Shown in pieces: positions 46,713 to 56,964 of a stretch of DNA of 64,000 nucleotides (the first letter of the stretch is position 1; each line of letters starts with the position of its first letter). Position numbers and translations under genes: made by a program. Source of the DNA: Naegleria gruberi (Eukaryota); the NCBI GenBank assembly GCA_000004985.1, contig GG738889.1; one strand, given 5' to 3'. The notes under the pieces were generated by a model, which ran no database searches, had not been told where the DNA came from, and worked only from the letters and a program-made list of their open reading frames with translations.

Positions 46713-48312
46713 ATGGTCAATCTGCTCTCTGTGCTTGTTGTTTTATTCTGCTTTCTTTTAATTTCATCACAATGCATCTCACAAGATATTCCTCCCTATC
46801 AAACTGGATTTTTCACACAACGATTAGATCACTTTGATTTTACCAACATTGCAACCTTTCCCCAACGTTATTTTGTTTGCGACCTCTATGTAAAGCATTC
46901 TACTCGTTCCTCCGTAATTGTAGATGATAACAACTTAATACAGATTGATCCTTTCATTCCAATCATTGCATATCCAGGAAATGAAGGTGCTTTGGAAGAG
47001 TTTTACGAAAATACAGGGCTTGTGTTTGAGTTGGCCAAATATTATGGAGCTCTTGTAATATTTATTGAACATCGTTTTTATGGAAAGACCATTCCACCAA
47101 ATCAAGATCCTCAAAGGTATCTCACCATTGAGCAAGCAACTCATGATTTGGCTGTGTTTTTCACTGAAAACTTTGGATTGGACGAAAAGAGAAAGAATCC
47201 AATAGTAAGTAATCTTAATTATTTTCAAGCTAAAGCTGTAAAGATTCTTGTTGGAGGTTCTTATGGTGGAGATTTAGCTGCTTGGTAAGTTACCTATTAA
47301 TGTCATCACAAATAATTATAATATTGCAATTAGGATGAGATTTAAATTTCCACACTTGATTGATGGCTCAATAGCAGCCAGTGCTCCTATTCTATTCTTC
47401 AATGGCATCACTCCTCCATATCTTGCTGCTCAAATTGCAACTGAGGCTTACAGAAATTTAACAAACTTTCAAATTTATCCTAAAATGACTTGTGACAGTG
47501 CAGTTAAAAAAGGATTTGAATTCTTGTCTAAATACTTTGAAAGTACAACATCTAAAGAGCAACTACAAATGCTCTCAAGAAAATTCAGACTCTGTAATGA
47601 AATGAAATCAAATTTGGAGGTCAAAGTGTTGGCTTCTTACATTGCATTTTCATTTGAAGTATTGGCTCAAGCCAACTATCCCTATCCAACCAACTTTTTT
47701 AACAATTTGCCTGCTTGGCCAGTGAATGGATTATGTACTTCAATAGCTAAGCATTTGGCCACCTCTCCAAATTTAGAGAGTGAAGATTTGTATTTTACAA
47801 TTCTATTTGATGGTGTCAATCTTTTCCAAAACTACACTGGCGACAAATCTTGTTTCAATACTAGCAATTTGGGTGGAGGATTACAATGGAACTCCTGGTC
47901 TCTTCAGCTTTGTAATGAAATGATCATTCCATCAGGTTTTTATCCTAGCACAGACATGTTCTTCTCCAATCCTTACAATTTGAAAGTCCAAATGAAGGCC
48001 TGTATGAGCAAGTACAAATTCAATCCACAACCGTATTGGTTGGCAACCTATTTTGGAGGGAAAAGAGCATTGACAGAACATTCCAATATAATATTCTCAA
48101 ACGGTCAGTATGATGCAGTGAGAGCTGGAAGTGTTGAAAAGGGAATGAAAACATCTCCATCCATAATTCCAATCTTCATTGAACAAGGAGGTCACCATTT
48201 GGATATAAGATGGTCAAATCCAAATGATCCACAATCTGTAAAAATTGCAAGAGAAATTGAATTTAAATATGTTGGCATTTGGATTCAAAAGTTTTTAAAT
48301 TCCCTCAATTAG
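46713..48312 (+). CDS. Serine peptidase family S28 (lysosomal Pro-X carboxypeptidase-like), ~516 aa: join(46713..47284,47334..48312)
   Basis: Signal peptide; RLDHF motif; catalytic GGSYGGDLAAW|MRFKFPH rebuilt across a 49-nt GTAAGT...TTAG intron; C-terminal GGHHLD motif. Confidence 0.85.
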
Positions 48313-48328
48313 ATAAATATATCCCATG

Positions 48329-49387
48329 TTATGACATGGTAACAAAATCATAATGGTTATTAATTTGATTAAAAGACAACCAAATAACTCTAGCGTTTGG
48401 ATTATCATTCTTTTTCACATCTGAAATCGTGTGTAAATTATGAAATCTTCTAGAATAAAACATACCCACTATTGATTCGATTCGTTGTTGCCCTCTCTTG
48501 GTACCAAAGGCATGATGACTCAATACGGCTACTTTAAAGTTTGTCTGAGGTTCTAAACATTGAGAAAGTGCAACAATACAACTAAAATCACCCCAAATAC
48601 CAGACATTAACATTCTTCTCAAGTGTCTCTCCACATCTGCATTAATATTCGTATCACCATTCTCCATAAAAAGTGAATGTCTGAAAGGTAACCCCTCAAT
48701 TTTAGTGTCCAAATTCTTTCTCATCCAATCCACTGCCATATATCTCACATCCATGTGTTTCGATTCAGTTCCATACAGACCCATAGATATTGCCCTAAAT
48801 AAACAATTACCATCTGGTTTGACCTTGACAATTTTCATCTTTCCCTTTGGTTGCTGCTTATTCATTGGTTGTCTTTCACTGTTTTGAATCTGTGTTGTTC
48901 CTTCTTGATTATTGTTAGAATTTGGTAAATTATTATTATTGGATGATGAAGAATTATCAGTGCTATTACTTGCTGATGATTCCTTCTTTCCCCATAAGAA
49001 GTTCAATTCATTCCCAAACAATTCTCCAAGAAACAAATCTTCTCTCAACTCTTTCTTGATGGTGGAACAATAAATTAAAAACATTATAATTATTAAATAT
49101 TTAAATCTTTGCAAAAATTGATTTCTTTCCGTGTATTGATCGAAATTAATTAATACAGATGAAATTATCTTTTGATTTAATTGTTCTGATGAATTTGATA
49201 ATTTGATATTATTCATCATCATTCTTAATTTAAATGTTTTAATATTTTTAAATTGAAGAAGGCTTGAAAATTTACTAAAATAATGATGACCATCATTAAT
49301 TTGTTTCCTATTGATAATCATGATGGAAAAACTACCTTGAATAACCTTCCGAAATGCATTCCCAAATACTATTTGATGTTGAATCAT
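48329..49387 (-). CDS. OTU-domain cysteine protease (deubiquitinase-like) with a predicted N-terminal TM segment, 352 aa
   Basis: OTU catalytic Cys context VKPDGNCLFRAISMGLYG and C-terminal His (NNHYDFV). Hydrophobic stretch FKYLIIIMFLIYCSTI and an Asn/Ser-rich linker lie upstream. Confidence 0.6.
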   Translation of the reverse strand: MIQHQIVFGNAFRKVIQGSFSIMIINRKQINDGHHYFSKFSSLLQFKNIKTFKLRMMMNNIKLSNSSEQLNQKIISSVLINFDQYTERNQFLQRFKYLIIIMFLIYCSTIKKELREDLFLGELFGNELNFLWGKKESSASNSTDNSSSSNNNNLPNSNNNQEGTTQIQNSERQPMNKQQPKGKMKIVKVKPDGNCLFRAISMGLYGTESKHMDVRYMAVDWMRKNLDTKIEGLPFRHSLFMENGDTNINADVERHLRRMLMSGIWGDFSCIVALSQCLEPQTNFKVAVLSHHAFGTKRGQQRIESIVGMFYSRRFHNLHTISDVKKNDNPNARVIWLSFNQINNHYDFVTMS

Positions 49388-49613
49388 TTTTTTTTGTAAA
49401 CTATTAAAGAATAATTATTGAAAACTATTAATATTTATTAAATATGAAAATAATTCTCTTTCTCCAATGTACTACAATAAAATACTTGAAACTAAAAAGA
49501 AACCCTTGATACTTTCCAATCTTCGGAGATGAAAATTCTCTCCGTTCCTATGGGAAGTTTTCCAATTATATTTTAAAAATAAAAATAAAATAAAAATTTA
49601 AGTCTAAAAAAAA

Positions 49614-50350
49614 ATGGAATCTACCGACGCTTTGCTCCCACAAGCTTTGGAGCGCATCAGAGAACCTGGTGATGATGCAATGCCAACTCTTCTCTCAATT
49701 ATTCTTGGTATTGTTGGAGTTACTCTTTTATTAGTTCTTGTTTTACCACTCTTCGGTGGTACCGTTGCTTTTGACGGTGAACAATGGGCATACATTTTCG
49801 CTGCTATTGATCCATATATTTTCTCTGCTGTTGGTACTGGATGTGTTATTGGTCTTTCTGTTATTGGTGCTGGTTGGGGTATCACTATTGCTGGTGCTTC
49901 TATTATGGGTGCCTGTGTTAGAGCCCCTCGTATCAAGACTAAGAACCTCATCAGTATTATTTTCTGTGAAGCTGTTGCTATCTACGGTATTATTATGGCT
50001 ATTGTCCTTTCAACACAAACCAAATGGTTCATGGATGATAAGGATTCCTCAAAGGTTACTCCTTGGCCAATTCTTGTTGGTTCATGTTATTCCTTGTTTG
50101 CTGCTGGTCTCACTGTTGGTTTAGGTAACATGGCCTGTGGTGCTTGTGTTGGTATTGTTGGTAGTGGTTGTGCTATTGCTGATGCTGCTGAACCATCATT
50201 GTTCGTCAAGATTTTGGTTGTCGAAATTTTCGCTTCTGCTTTAGGTATTTTTGCTATCATTGTTGGTATTGTTGTGGCATCTGGTAAGTTGAATAATGTT
50301 GAATGGTTTTTTCTAATGTTTAATTTTTAGGCGCAAAGATGGCTCCATAG
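49614..50350 (+). CDS. VMA16: V-type ATPase 21-kDa proteolipid subunit c'' (VMA16/ATP6V0B): join(49614..50283,50331..50350)
   Basis: Strong match to ATP6V0B ([32 protein letters not shown]; [21 protein letters not shown]; [18 protein letters not shown]). A 47-nt 3' intron (GTAAGT..TTCTAAT..TTTTAG) adds the last 6 codons. Confidence 0.85.
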
Positions 50351-50620
50351 TTTTTGTTTTATACATTATAAATGAGGAAAGGAAGTCTAATAAGATAATT
50401 GTAAGAAGAGGAGTGGACTTGATTATTTATTGATGAAACATACACGGATGAAAACTCTAAATTGGATTTTCTTATTGGAAATTGGAAAACTCTATTCTCT
50501 TGCATTATCCATTATTGGATGACTTTGCGAAATTAATCTATTAAAAAATTAAATTCTTTCAATTCTCATTCTTGTCGACTGTTTCTGCATGTTTATGTTA
50601 TTATTAAAGATCTTTACAGA

Positions 50621-51508
50621 ATGCATTCAATAAAAGATCCATTACATAACAACACCACTTCAAGATTTTTTAATAAAAAAATGGAAAATAGATTGGAAGA
50701 ACTTGCTAAACGTTTTGGCAATATTGAAAATTCATTAAACCAATTGCAACAACAATTGAACGGAATTTCCAAGAAGAAATCTGAACAAGTAACAACTTCG
50801 TTATCATCGTCATCCACAACAATAACAACAAGTGAATCCTCATCATCGGCATTGGCATCAACAATCATTGAAAATCCTAATGCAATCATTCATGAAAGTA
50901 ATTTTGATAGAGAGGAACCGAACGATACCGAATTGATAAAGATCGTCAAGAAACAAGTACAAAAATTAGGCTTTAAATTTGCCAATTTCTCTCAAGTCCC
51001 AAAGGATTACTATTCTAGACCTCTCGAAGCCAGACGGGATTTGTTACAAACAGCTAGTATGCATCAATTGTGTAAGAGTTTGATATTGGAAAATTCCAAA
51101 TGTGTGTTGAGTGATTGCTCTGTTAGAACAAATTCCAAATATTATTGTGTGATTGTGCAATATTCAGCCAAATTCAATTCTAAAAAGTTGACTAAATATG
51201 TCAGAGAATTGAATCAAGGTAAATTGGGAAAGAAACAATTTGTTTTTAGTTTGACTGATGCTCCAAAAGCTTTTGAATTGACAGGATATGAATTTAATGG
51301 AGTTTCTCCTGTTGCTTTACCTGAAAAGGAAAATATTAACATTCCAATAGTTTTGGATAAGAAGATCGTTGATGAACATAAACAATTCTGGATTGGTGGA
51401 GGTAGTGAAGATTGGAAAATTTTATTTAACACTGATGAATTTATCAAGATTTATAATCCATTTGTGACAAGTATTACTTATGAAGGAAATGAAATTGATG
51501 AAGAGTAA
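50621..51508 (+). CDS. YbaK/ProX-type aminoacyl-tRNA deacylase domain protein (295 aa; alternative start at 50681)
   Basis: The C-terminal ~160 aa align with YbaK/ProX editing domains (YCVIVQYSAKFNSKKLTKYV; GYEFNGVSPVAL; IPIVLDKKIV...FWIGGGSEDWKI). Ser/Thr-rich N-terminal part. Confidence 0.55.
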   Translation: MHSIKDPLHNNTTSRFFNKKMENRLEELAKRFGNIENSLNQLQQQLNGISKKKSEQVTTSLSSSSTTITTSESSSSALASTIIENPNAIIHESNFDREEPNDTELIKIVKKQVQKLGFKFANFSQVPKDYYSRPLEARRDLLQTASMHQLCKSLILENSKCVLSDCSVRTNSKYYCVIVQYSAKFNSKKLTKYVRELNQGKLGKKQFVFSLTDAPKAFELTGYEFNGVSPVALPEKENINIPIVLDKKIVDEHKQFWIGGGSEDWKILFNTDEFIKIYNPFVTSITYEGNEIDEE

Positions 51509-51646
51509 ATTCATGAAAAGAACTACTTTCTAATATCTGCTCCCTTTCTTGTTGAATTAAAAATGTTAATTGCTTGAGGAAAATGAGATCAAATGCTTAC
51601 TGCCGACTTGGTTAACAATTATAGGGCATAATTTAAGAAAGAGAAT

Positions 51647-51765
51647 GGCTACGGCCATATCACGATGAATGCACCTCATCCCGTCTGATTTGAGAAGTTA
51701 AGCATCGTCGAGCCACATCAATACTGAGGTTGGAGACAACTTGGGAACCTGTGGTGCTGTAGTCT
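51647..51765 (+). rRNA. 5S ribosomal RNA gene (dispersed copy), ~119 nt, followed by a T5 Pol III terminator
   Basis: GGCTACGGCCATATCAC...CCCGTCTGATTTGAGAAGTTAAGC...GGTTGGAGACAACTTGGGAACCTGTGGTGCTGTAGTC. Helix I pairs 5' GGCTACGGC with 3' GCTGTAGTC, with conserved loop C/E regions; TTTTT follows immediately. Confidence 0.85.
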
Positions 51766-51770
51766 TTTTC
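51766..51770 (+). terminator. Pol III terminator T-run after the 5S gene
   Basis: TTTTT immediately 3' of the 5S 3' end, GCTGTAGTC. Confidence 0.6.
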
Positions 51771-52108
51771 ATTTTTTCTTTTCAGTTAAATGAAGTAAGC
51801 TAAGTTTCGTGAAATATGTTGTCAAACGAATTATTGTATTTTGAGGCAAAAAGAAGACTTTTTATTGAAATCAATTAATATATTGGAGGACTTCCTATTG
51901 AGATTAGAAAGCATTAATCAACTTTTTAGCTTCAGAATCATCTGCAGATGGACTTTGTCTTTCATTGACAACCTTCATAATAAGAGTCAAATTGCATTCC
52001 AAAGTGACAACCAAATCATTGATTAACAACATTCCATTAATCAATGATTTCAAGATAATTTTGAACGGTTCATTTCGTTAAAGTCATGATTTATTTCACT
52101 TAATAATT

Positions 52109-52185
52109 AGACGGGAAGCCTGCCAGGAATATGGCGACAATCCCGCTACAGTCTTTGACTGTATGAACTGTGAGGTACGTCGTCT
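52109..52185 (+). repeat. Copy A of a ~70-nt diverged repeat of unknown nature (second copy at ~52711..52780)
   Basis: AGACGGGAAGcctgccaGGAATATGGCGACAATCCCgcTACaG...GAACTGtgAGG aligns with AGAGGGAAGtatttaaGGAATGGCAACAATCCCagTACg..GAACTGaAGG ~600 bp downstream. Same orientation, within the 1.2-kb gene-poor tract next to the 5S gene. Confidence 0.3.
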
Positions 52186-52710
52186 TTCGAGTCAGTAAGA
52201 GAGAGTGATTGGAGGAAGAGGCATTGAGCAAGTTCATTTATTGATTTTGAAATTGATCATCACGAAAAAAAATATTTTGGTTAAAGAAATTCATAAATTG
52301 ATCAAAATTGCTCAGTTGGAAATCAGTTCAACTTGTTCATCTCCTTTATGAAATTTTCTCCAATTTCTAGTATTTTTAATTGCTTCAATTCAATGATATC
52401 GCTTAAATGATACTTTGCATTTCTATGAAACATCTTTCTCGGCCAATTGGGTTTGATCGAGTGTAGTATCTTTTCTTTTCAGTGTAATAGCTGAAACCAG
52501 CCCACCACGGGTTGCCATTACTATTAACTCAATTTTTTGTAGGGTCCAGAGTTGTGCTTAATTGCACACATTGGTTGGCTTCAATCAGATATTGCACTGA
52601 TAGTCAGATTTAGAGCTATCCCACTTGAAAATAGAAAAGTTGAGTACTTTACACTATATTGAATGTTTTGGTGTTTAGAAAGGATATTATCAATATTATG
52701 TAATCTACTA

Positions 52711-52780
52711 AAGAGGGAAGTATTTAAGGAATGGCAACAATCCCAGTACGAACTGAAGGAAAGAATTCTGTACGAATCTT
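52711..52780 (+). repeat. Copy B of the same diverged repeat
   Basis: See copy A. It overlaps a dubious 80-aa track ORF (52663..52905) that I do not consider coding. Confidence 0.3.
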
Positions 52781-53001
52781 ATTTGTTCAAAGTAAGAGGG
52801 AAAGACAATATTTCATCAACCCAATATTTTGATAGTGGAATGGTTTCTAGCGACACTATTATGGTGATTCACAACAACACGTTGATGTTCAACAACGAGG
52901 TTTAGAATATAAAACTTTATTAATAATAGATAATTCATATAAACATATAAATAATATAGTACATTGACAGATTCTGCTGCTATCATTTCAATTACAGTAT
53001 T

Positions 53002-54048
53002 TTAACAATTGACTTTTGACTTGTAAGATAAAACAACACTTCTATGACACTTAATATGATTAAATGCTTCTTCAGGTGTAAGATTATGAAACTTGATGAG
53101 ATAGCTAATTGCAAAGGAGGTACTTCTACAAATGCCCATATTACAATTAATTAAAACTTTACCATTCTTCTCAAATGCACTTCTCAAAAATTGATTTGCC
53201 TTTTCAAACAATAATTGAGAAACAGAATGGTCAATTGCACCACCATCTGTTCCAAGTTTCAAATACTTGTACTTTTTTTCATTGTTGACCAATAATTCTT
53301 CCAAATTATTATCAACTTCTTCGGCAACATTCAAAATGAAGGTTATTCCGTTGTCGGTGAGTTCCTTATCAGTGTTTGCATTCTCTCTATTGCCAATAAA
53401 TAGAAAATTCTCAATGATTTCAGTTGGATAGAGACCTTGATGACCAATTACATCTTTAAAAGTAACAACATGACTGTACTTTCGAATTTAGGATTGGAAA
53501 CTCCTCAGAATGTAAACATTTTCAACTAATCCTTCCATTTTCAACAATTCTGCAAGTAGTAAAACAGGATACTTTGCAATATCATTCAATTCAATACTGT
53601 CATTGATTCTAATAGGTGATTCAATTAAATTTCCACAATTAGCAAATTGAACATTCTCAACTGAGTTATGAATATCACTGAATTTCAAGTCAGTAACTTC
53701 CTCGCCACCATATAAAAGTACATTCTTATAACCAATACCTCTCAAGGTCCATCCAGGTACATTCTTATATAATTCATTCAAAACCAAAGAGATTTCATCT
53801 GAACTTTCTGAATGCTGAAGCAAATTGGTCAACTTGGTTTTACTGGAAGATAAAAACTCATGACCTACAGTATTCATTGAAGGATGATAATCATCTTCAA
53901 TAGCAGGTGTTGAATAACTTGCTCTGACATGACAAGTGTCATAATCAGCTCTTGAACGAACATCCATGATGATTTTTGCACTGGCAACATCTAGAGTTTT
54001 GTTGTAGAAATGCGTTTGATTGATGAGGAAGATATTTGTTGTTGACAT
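53002..54048 (-). CDS. Dual-specificity (MAP-kinase-phosphatase-like) phosphatase: N-terminal rhodanese/CDC25-homology domain + C-terminal DSP domain. Either one gene with an in-frame TAA, or spliced: complement(join(53002..53478,53518..54048))
   Basis: DSP domain (PTEIIENFLFIGNRENA...ITFILNV...VLINCNMGICRSTSFAISYLIKF: HCxxGxxRS P-loop) follows the rhodanese-like ORF in the same frame, separated only by the TAA at plus 53488-53490. A candidate 39-nt intron (GTTTAC...CTAAAT..CGAAAG) would remove it in frame. Confidence 0.65.
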
Positions 54049-54439
54049 TTTTGTTTTTTTGAATTATTGAGTATAGTCATGTAAATCCAAGTTTTAAAAA
54101 TGATTTTCGTAACGTAGCTACTAGGAACTGTGGAGACTTGTAATTATCCTAAATAATTTGTTGATTTGTGATATTGGTAGTATTATTATATTAGTAGTAA
54201 AGAGTAAGGTGGAACAATGAACAACTCTTGACAATTAACCATTCAGGAAAATACGGTTCAGAATATTAAGGTTGTTCCTAGTTCACTAATCAAATAATTT
54301 TAAGTTTTGAGTTATGTTCTGAAATATCTGGATACTAAGAAACAACTTTTTCAAATAGTTGTGTTTCGTCTCTTTCAATTTGGTGGTCAATCATACTTTG
54401 CTCCATAGAAAATAAGTTTCGAATAAAATAAATTAAAAA

Positions 54440-55522
54440 ATGGGTCAAAAATCAACCAGCCAAAGAGGACAAATTTCACAACTCTATAAAAAAGGTCAAC
54501 CAACGAAAATTTCCGATATTTCTAATGATGTGCTCTATGGTGTAATATTTTCATTCTTGGATTTTCGAGAGTTGATTGGAACCTTTCGTTTAGTTTGCAA
54601 ACAGTGGAATAAATGGAATGAAGAAATTATAACAGTTTCGAATTATGAAATAAGATTTGTAGGAAGAAAGGAAAGAATTAAAAGTTTCGAATTGTGCCTC
54701 GTAAATGGACATTTGAATAATCTCAGGAAATTAACATTGACTCATTTGCAAGATTCGTCCATTTTGGAAGAAATTTCACACTTACAAAGCAAATCCTTGT
54801 TGACATTTCTAGATTTGCAGAATAATGTAATTGGAGGAGCTAGTGGAGCTACATTAATTTCGAATAGTGTTTGGCTTTCGAATTTGGAAGAATTAACAAT
54901 GAATGGATGCAAAATTGGAGATTTGGGAATGATTGAGATTGTAAAAAGTGAAAATATGAAAAATTTGACATCTCTCAATGTGAGAGAGAATATTATAGGA
55001 AATAATGGTTTCGTTTCCCTATTAACATCAAATAATTTATCCAAGTTGACCATGTTAAATTTAGGAAAGAACATTATTGATGGAAAATCATTGTTGAGCT
55101 TTACAATTCCAAATACGAATGTGCTCAACAACTTGAAAGTTCTCATTCTCGATGAAAATAACTTGTTTAATGATTTTGCTAAAATTCTCTTGACGAAATG
55201 TCAGTTTACTCAATTGGAGGTTTTGGATCTTTCACAAACGCAGATCAGTAATGATTGTATTGAGAAAGGACTTTGTATCTCACCTCATTTCAACACTCTA
55301 ACACAATTGAACTTGAATTCCAACTTATTGAGCGAACCAGCTGTCAGATCATTAATTTACTGTAAATATTTGAATAATTTAGAAATGCTTCATTGTATGA
55401 ATTTGAAATCAATTGATAGAAAATTGAAAGAGCAGTTATTGGAAAGATTTACATTGGTTGATGTGTCGCTTAAAGATGGTGAGGCTGTTTCCTCTTTGCT
55501 TGGAACTGGGACTATTGAATGA
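54440..55522 (+). CDS. F-box-like + RNI-type leucine-rich-repeat protein (360 aa)
   Basis: N-terminal F-box-like helix (ISNDVLYGVIFSFLDFRELIGTFRLVCKQWNKW), then ribonuclease-inhibitor-type LRRs (LxxLxLxxNxIGxxG). Confidence 0.65.
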   Translation: MGQKSTSQRGQISQLYKKGQPTKISDISNDVLYGVIFSFLDFRELIGTFRLVCKQWNKWNEEIITVSNYEIRFVGRKERIKSFELCLVNGHLNNLRKLTLTHLQDSSILEEISHLQSKSLLTFLDLQNNVIGGASGATLISNSVWLSNLEELTMNGCKIGDLGMIEIVKSENMKNLTSLNVRENIIGNNGFVSLLTSNNLSKLTMLNLGKNIIDGKSLLSFTIPNTNVLNNLKVLILDENNLFNDFAKILLTKCQFTQLEVLDLSQTQISNDCIEKGLCISPHFNTLTQLNLNSNLLSEPAVRSLIYCKYLNNLEMLHCMNLKSIDRKLKEQLLERFTLVDVSLKDGEAVSSLLGTGTIE

Positions 55523-55684
55523 ATTGACTGATTTACATCAGAAATATTGTTGATAACGAATTATCATTAATTATTAACCTGCTTCTGTGGCCTATAGGCA
55601 AAGCTGCAAAAGTATTGCTAGACATTTTAAATATATTGTGAAAGCTTGGACAGAGAAAGATCTATAAAGTTATTAAAAATTAAA

Positions 55685-56964
55685 CTAATTTACTATTACT
55701 GTACAATGAATCTTTCCTCCATCACCAATATTTCCTCTTCCTCCCAATCCAGTGGATTTCACAGCAAAGTTCAATAGTAAATTGGTTGCACCTGGAGCGC
55801 AAAATCCAGCCATACCATCTATAATTATTGATCTATTCAATTGAGTCCAAGTAATATTAAGCTTCATGGCTCCACTTGTCCAATTTCCTGAAGTGGAAAC
55901 AAGTGGGCTATAATTTGAAATTTCTCCATTATTAAATTCATTCACATTGAATTCAAAAGTATTATCGTAACCATCTGTGAGAGGAAGATAAGCTTCACCA
56001 CGAATACCAGGCAAACGGTTCCAAATACAGGTTGTTACAACCAGTCTCACTCTCTTCACATTAACTGAACCATAGGTTGGTGATTGTAAGCTTGTGGATG
56101 CATATGGCATACTATAACTTGTGTACATGGATTGATTCAATGGTTGTACTGATGATCCGTACATGGATTGATTCATTTGAGGAGGAGGTTGTTGGTTAAA
56201 TGTTGTTGGAGTCATTGGTTGTGGAGTTGGCATTGGAGTGGAAGGTGTCGAATAACCTGGCACATTCTGATTGAATTGATTTACCATTGAATTATTGTTA
56301 TCATTACTTGGAGCAGTTGGTTCATTTCTTCCGAAAATACTTCCACCTTCTTCCAATTCCTTAACTCGTTTTGATATCTTTTCATTTTCTTCTTTAAGCT
56401 TTTGATTTTCACTTGTTAGAGAATTAACTTTTGTTTCCAAATCTTCCAATGCCTTAACAACCATAGGGTTTGCAAATATGCAATCATGAGACAAGTGTTC
56501 ATCCATCAATTTTGATAATCCAAACCATCCACAACCAAATTTCCCCATCTTACAAGCACACTTTCTTCCTGTACAAAACTGATCCAAATGCTTCTTCAAA
56601 TCACCTCTCGGAATTTTCTTCAAATCACAATCAGCACCATTAGGACATTCAACCTCTAAAGAATTTGCAATCAATTCCGCATGATAATTATGAATAAAAC
56701 TGCTAAAATCCTGCTTATCATTACATTGAACAGGGGATGCACTACAATGTGGACAATCTTTATATAATTAATTAATTATAAATAATTTTAATGTCGTTAA
56801 ATTATTATTATATGTGATCAAAACTTACTGTTATGTCCTTTAAGCCATTTATGTATACAATCATAACAGAACAATTTATGACACGATTTACATTCTCTGT
56901 TATCCAACACAATCTCGGAACAAATCAAACATTCATAAAATTCGAGGGAAACACTGTTGAGCAT
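55685..56964 (-). CDS. RING-finger + TRAF-type zinc-finger protein (TRAF6-like N-terminal architecture) with coiled coil, Pro/Gln-rich linker and a beta-rich C-terminal domain: complement(join(55685..56758,56829..56964)), with an apparent 1-nt frameshift near 56741-56744
   Basis: Exon 1 MLNSVSLEFYECLICSEIVLDNRECKSCHKLFCYDCIHKWLKGHN + 70-nt intron (GTAAGT) + N-CPHC completes a C3HC4 RING. TRAF-type zinc fingers (HPLFNVMISRILAGFIHNYHAELIANSLEVECPNGADCDL...HLDQFCTGRKCAC...HLSHDC) resemble TRAF6, but lie one nucleotide out of frame relative to CPHC. The C-terminus is ~150 aa beta-rich, with no MATH domain. Confidence 0.6.

Noticed and set aside
46900-46960. Possible 54-nt in-frame intron in S28 exon 1 (GTAAAG...ATACAG)
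   Set aside because: The segment is in frame with no stop. The branch-like motif is too close to the AG, and the insertion relative to PRCP could be a genuine loop.
49604-50124. ORFs 49604..49951(-) and 49738..50124(+) overlapping the V-ATPase c'' gene
   Set aside because: Wrong-frame artefacts. The c'' frame has near-identity to ATP6V0B across its length.
52095-52205. Copy A interpreted as a 5S rRNA pseudogene or second 5S gene
   Set aside because: Only two short 5S-like words with altered spacing. No helix I pairing and no terminator. Reported instead as an unclassified repeat.
51841-52905. Track ORFs 51841..52026 and 52663..52905 in the gene-poor tract after the 5S gene
   Set aside because: No start context, no domain signal, AT-rich. 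The second overlaps repeat copy B. Treated as non-coding.
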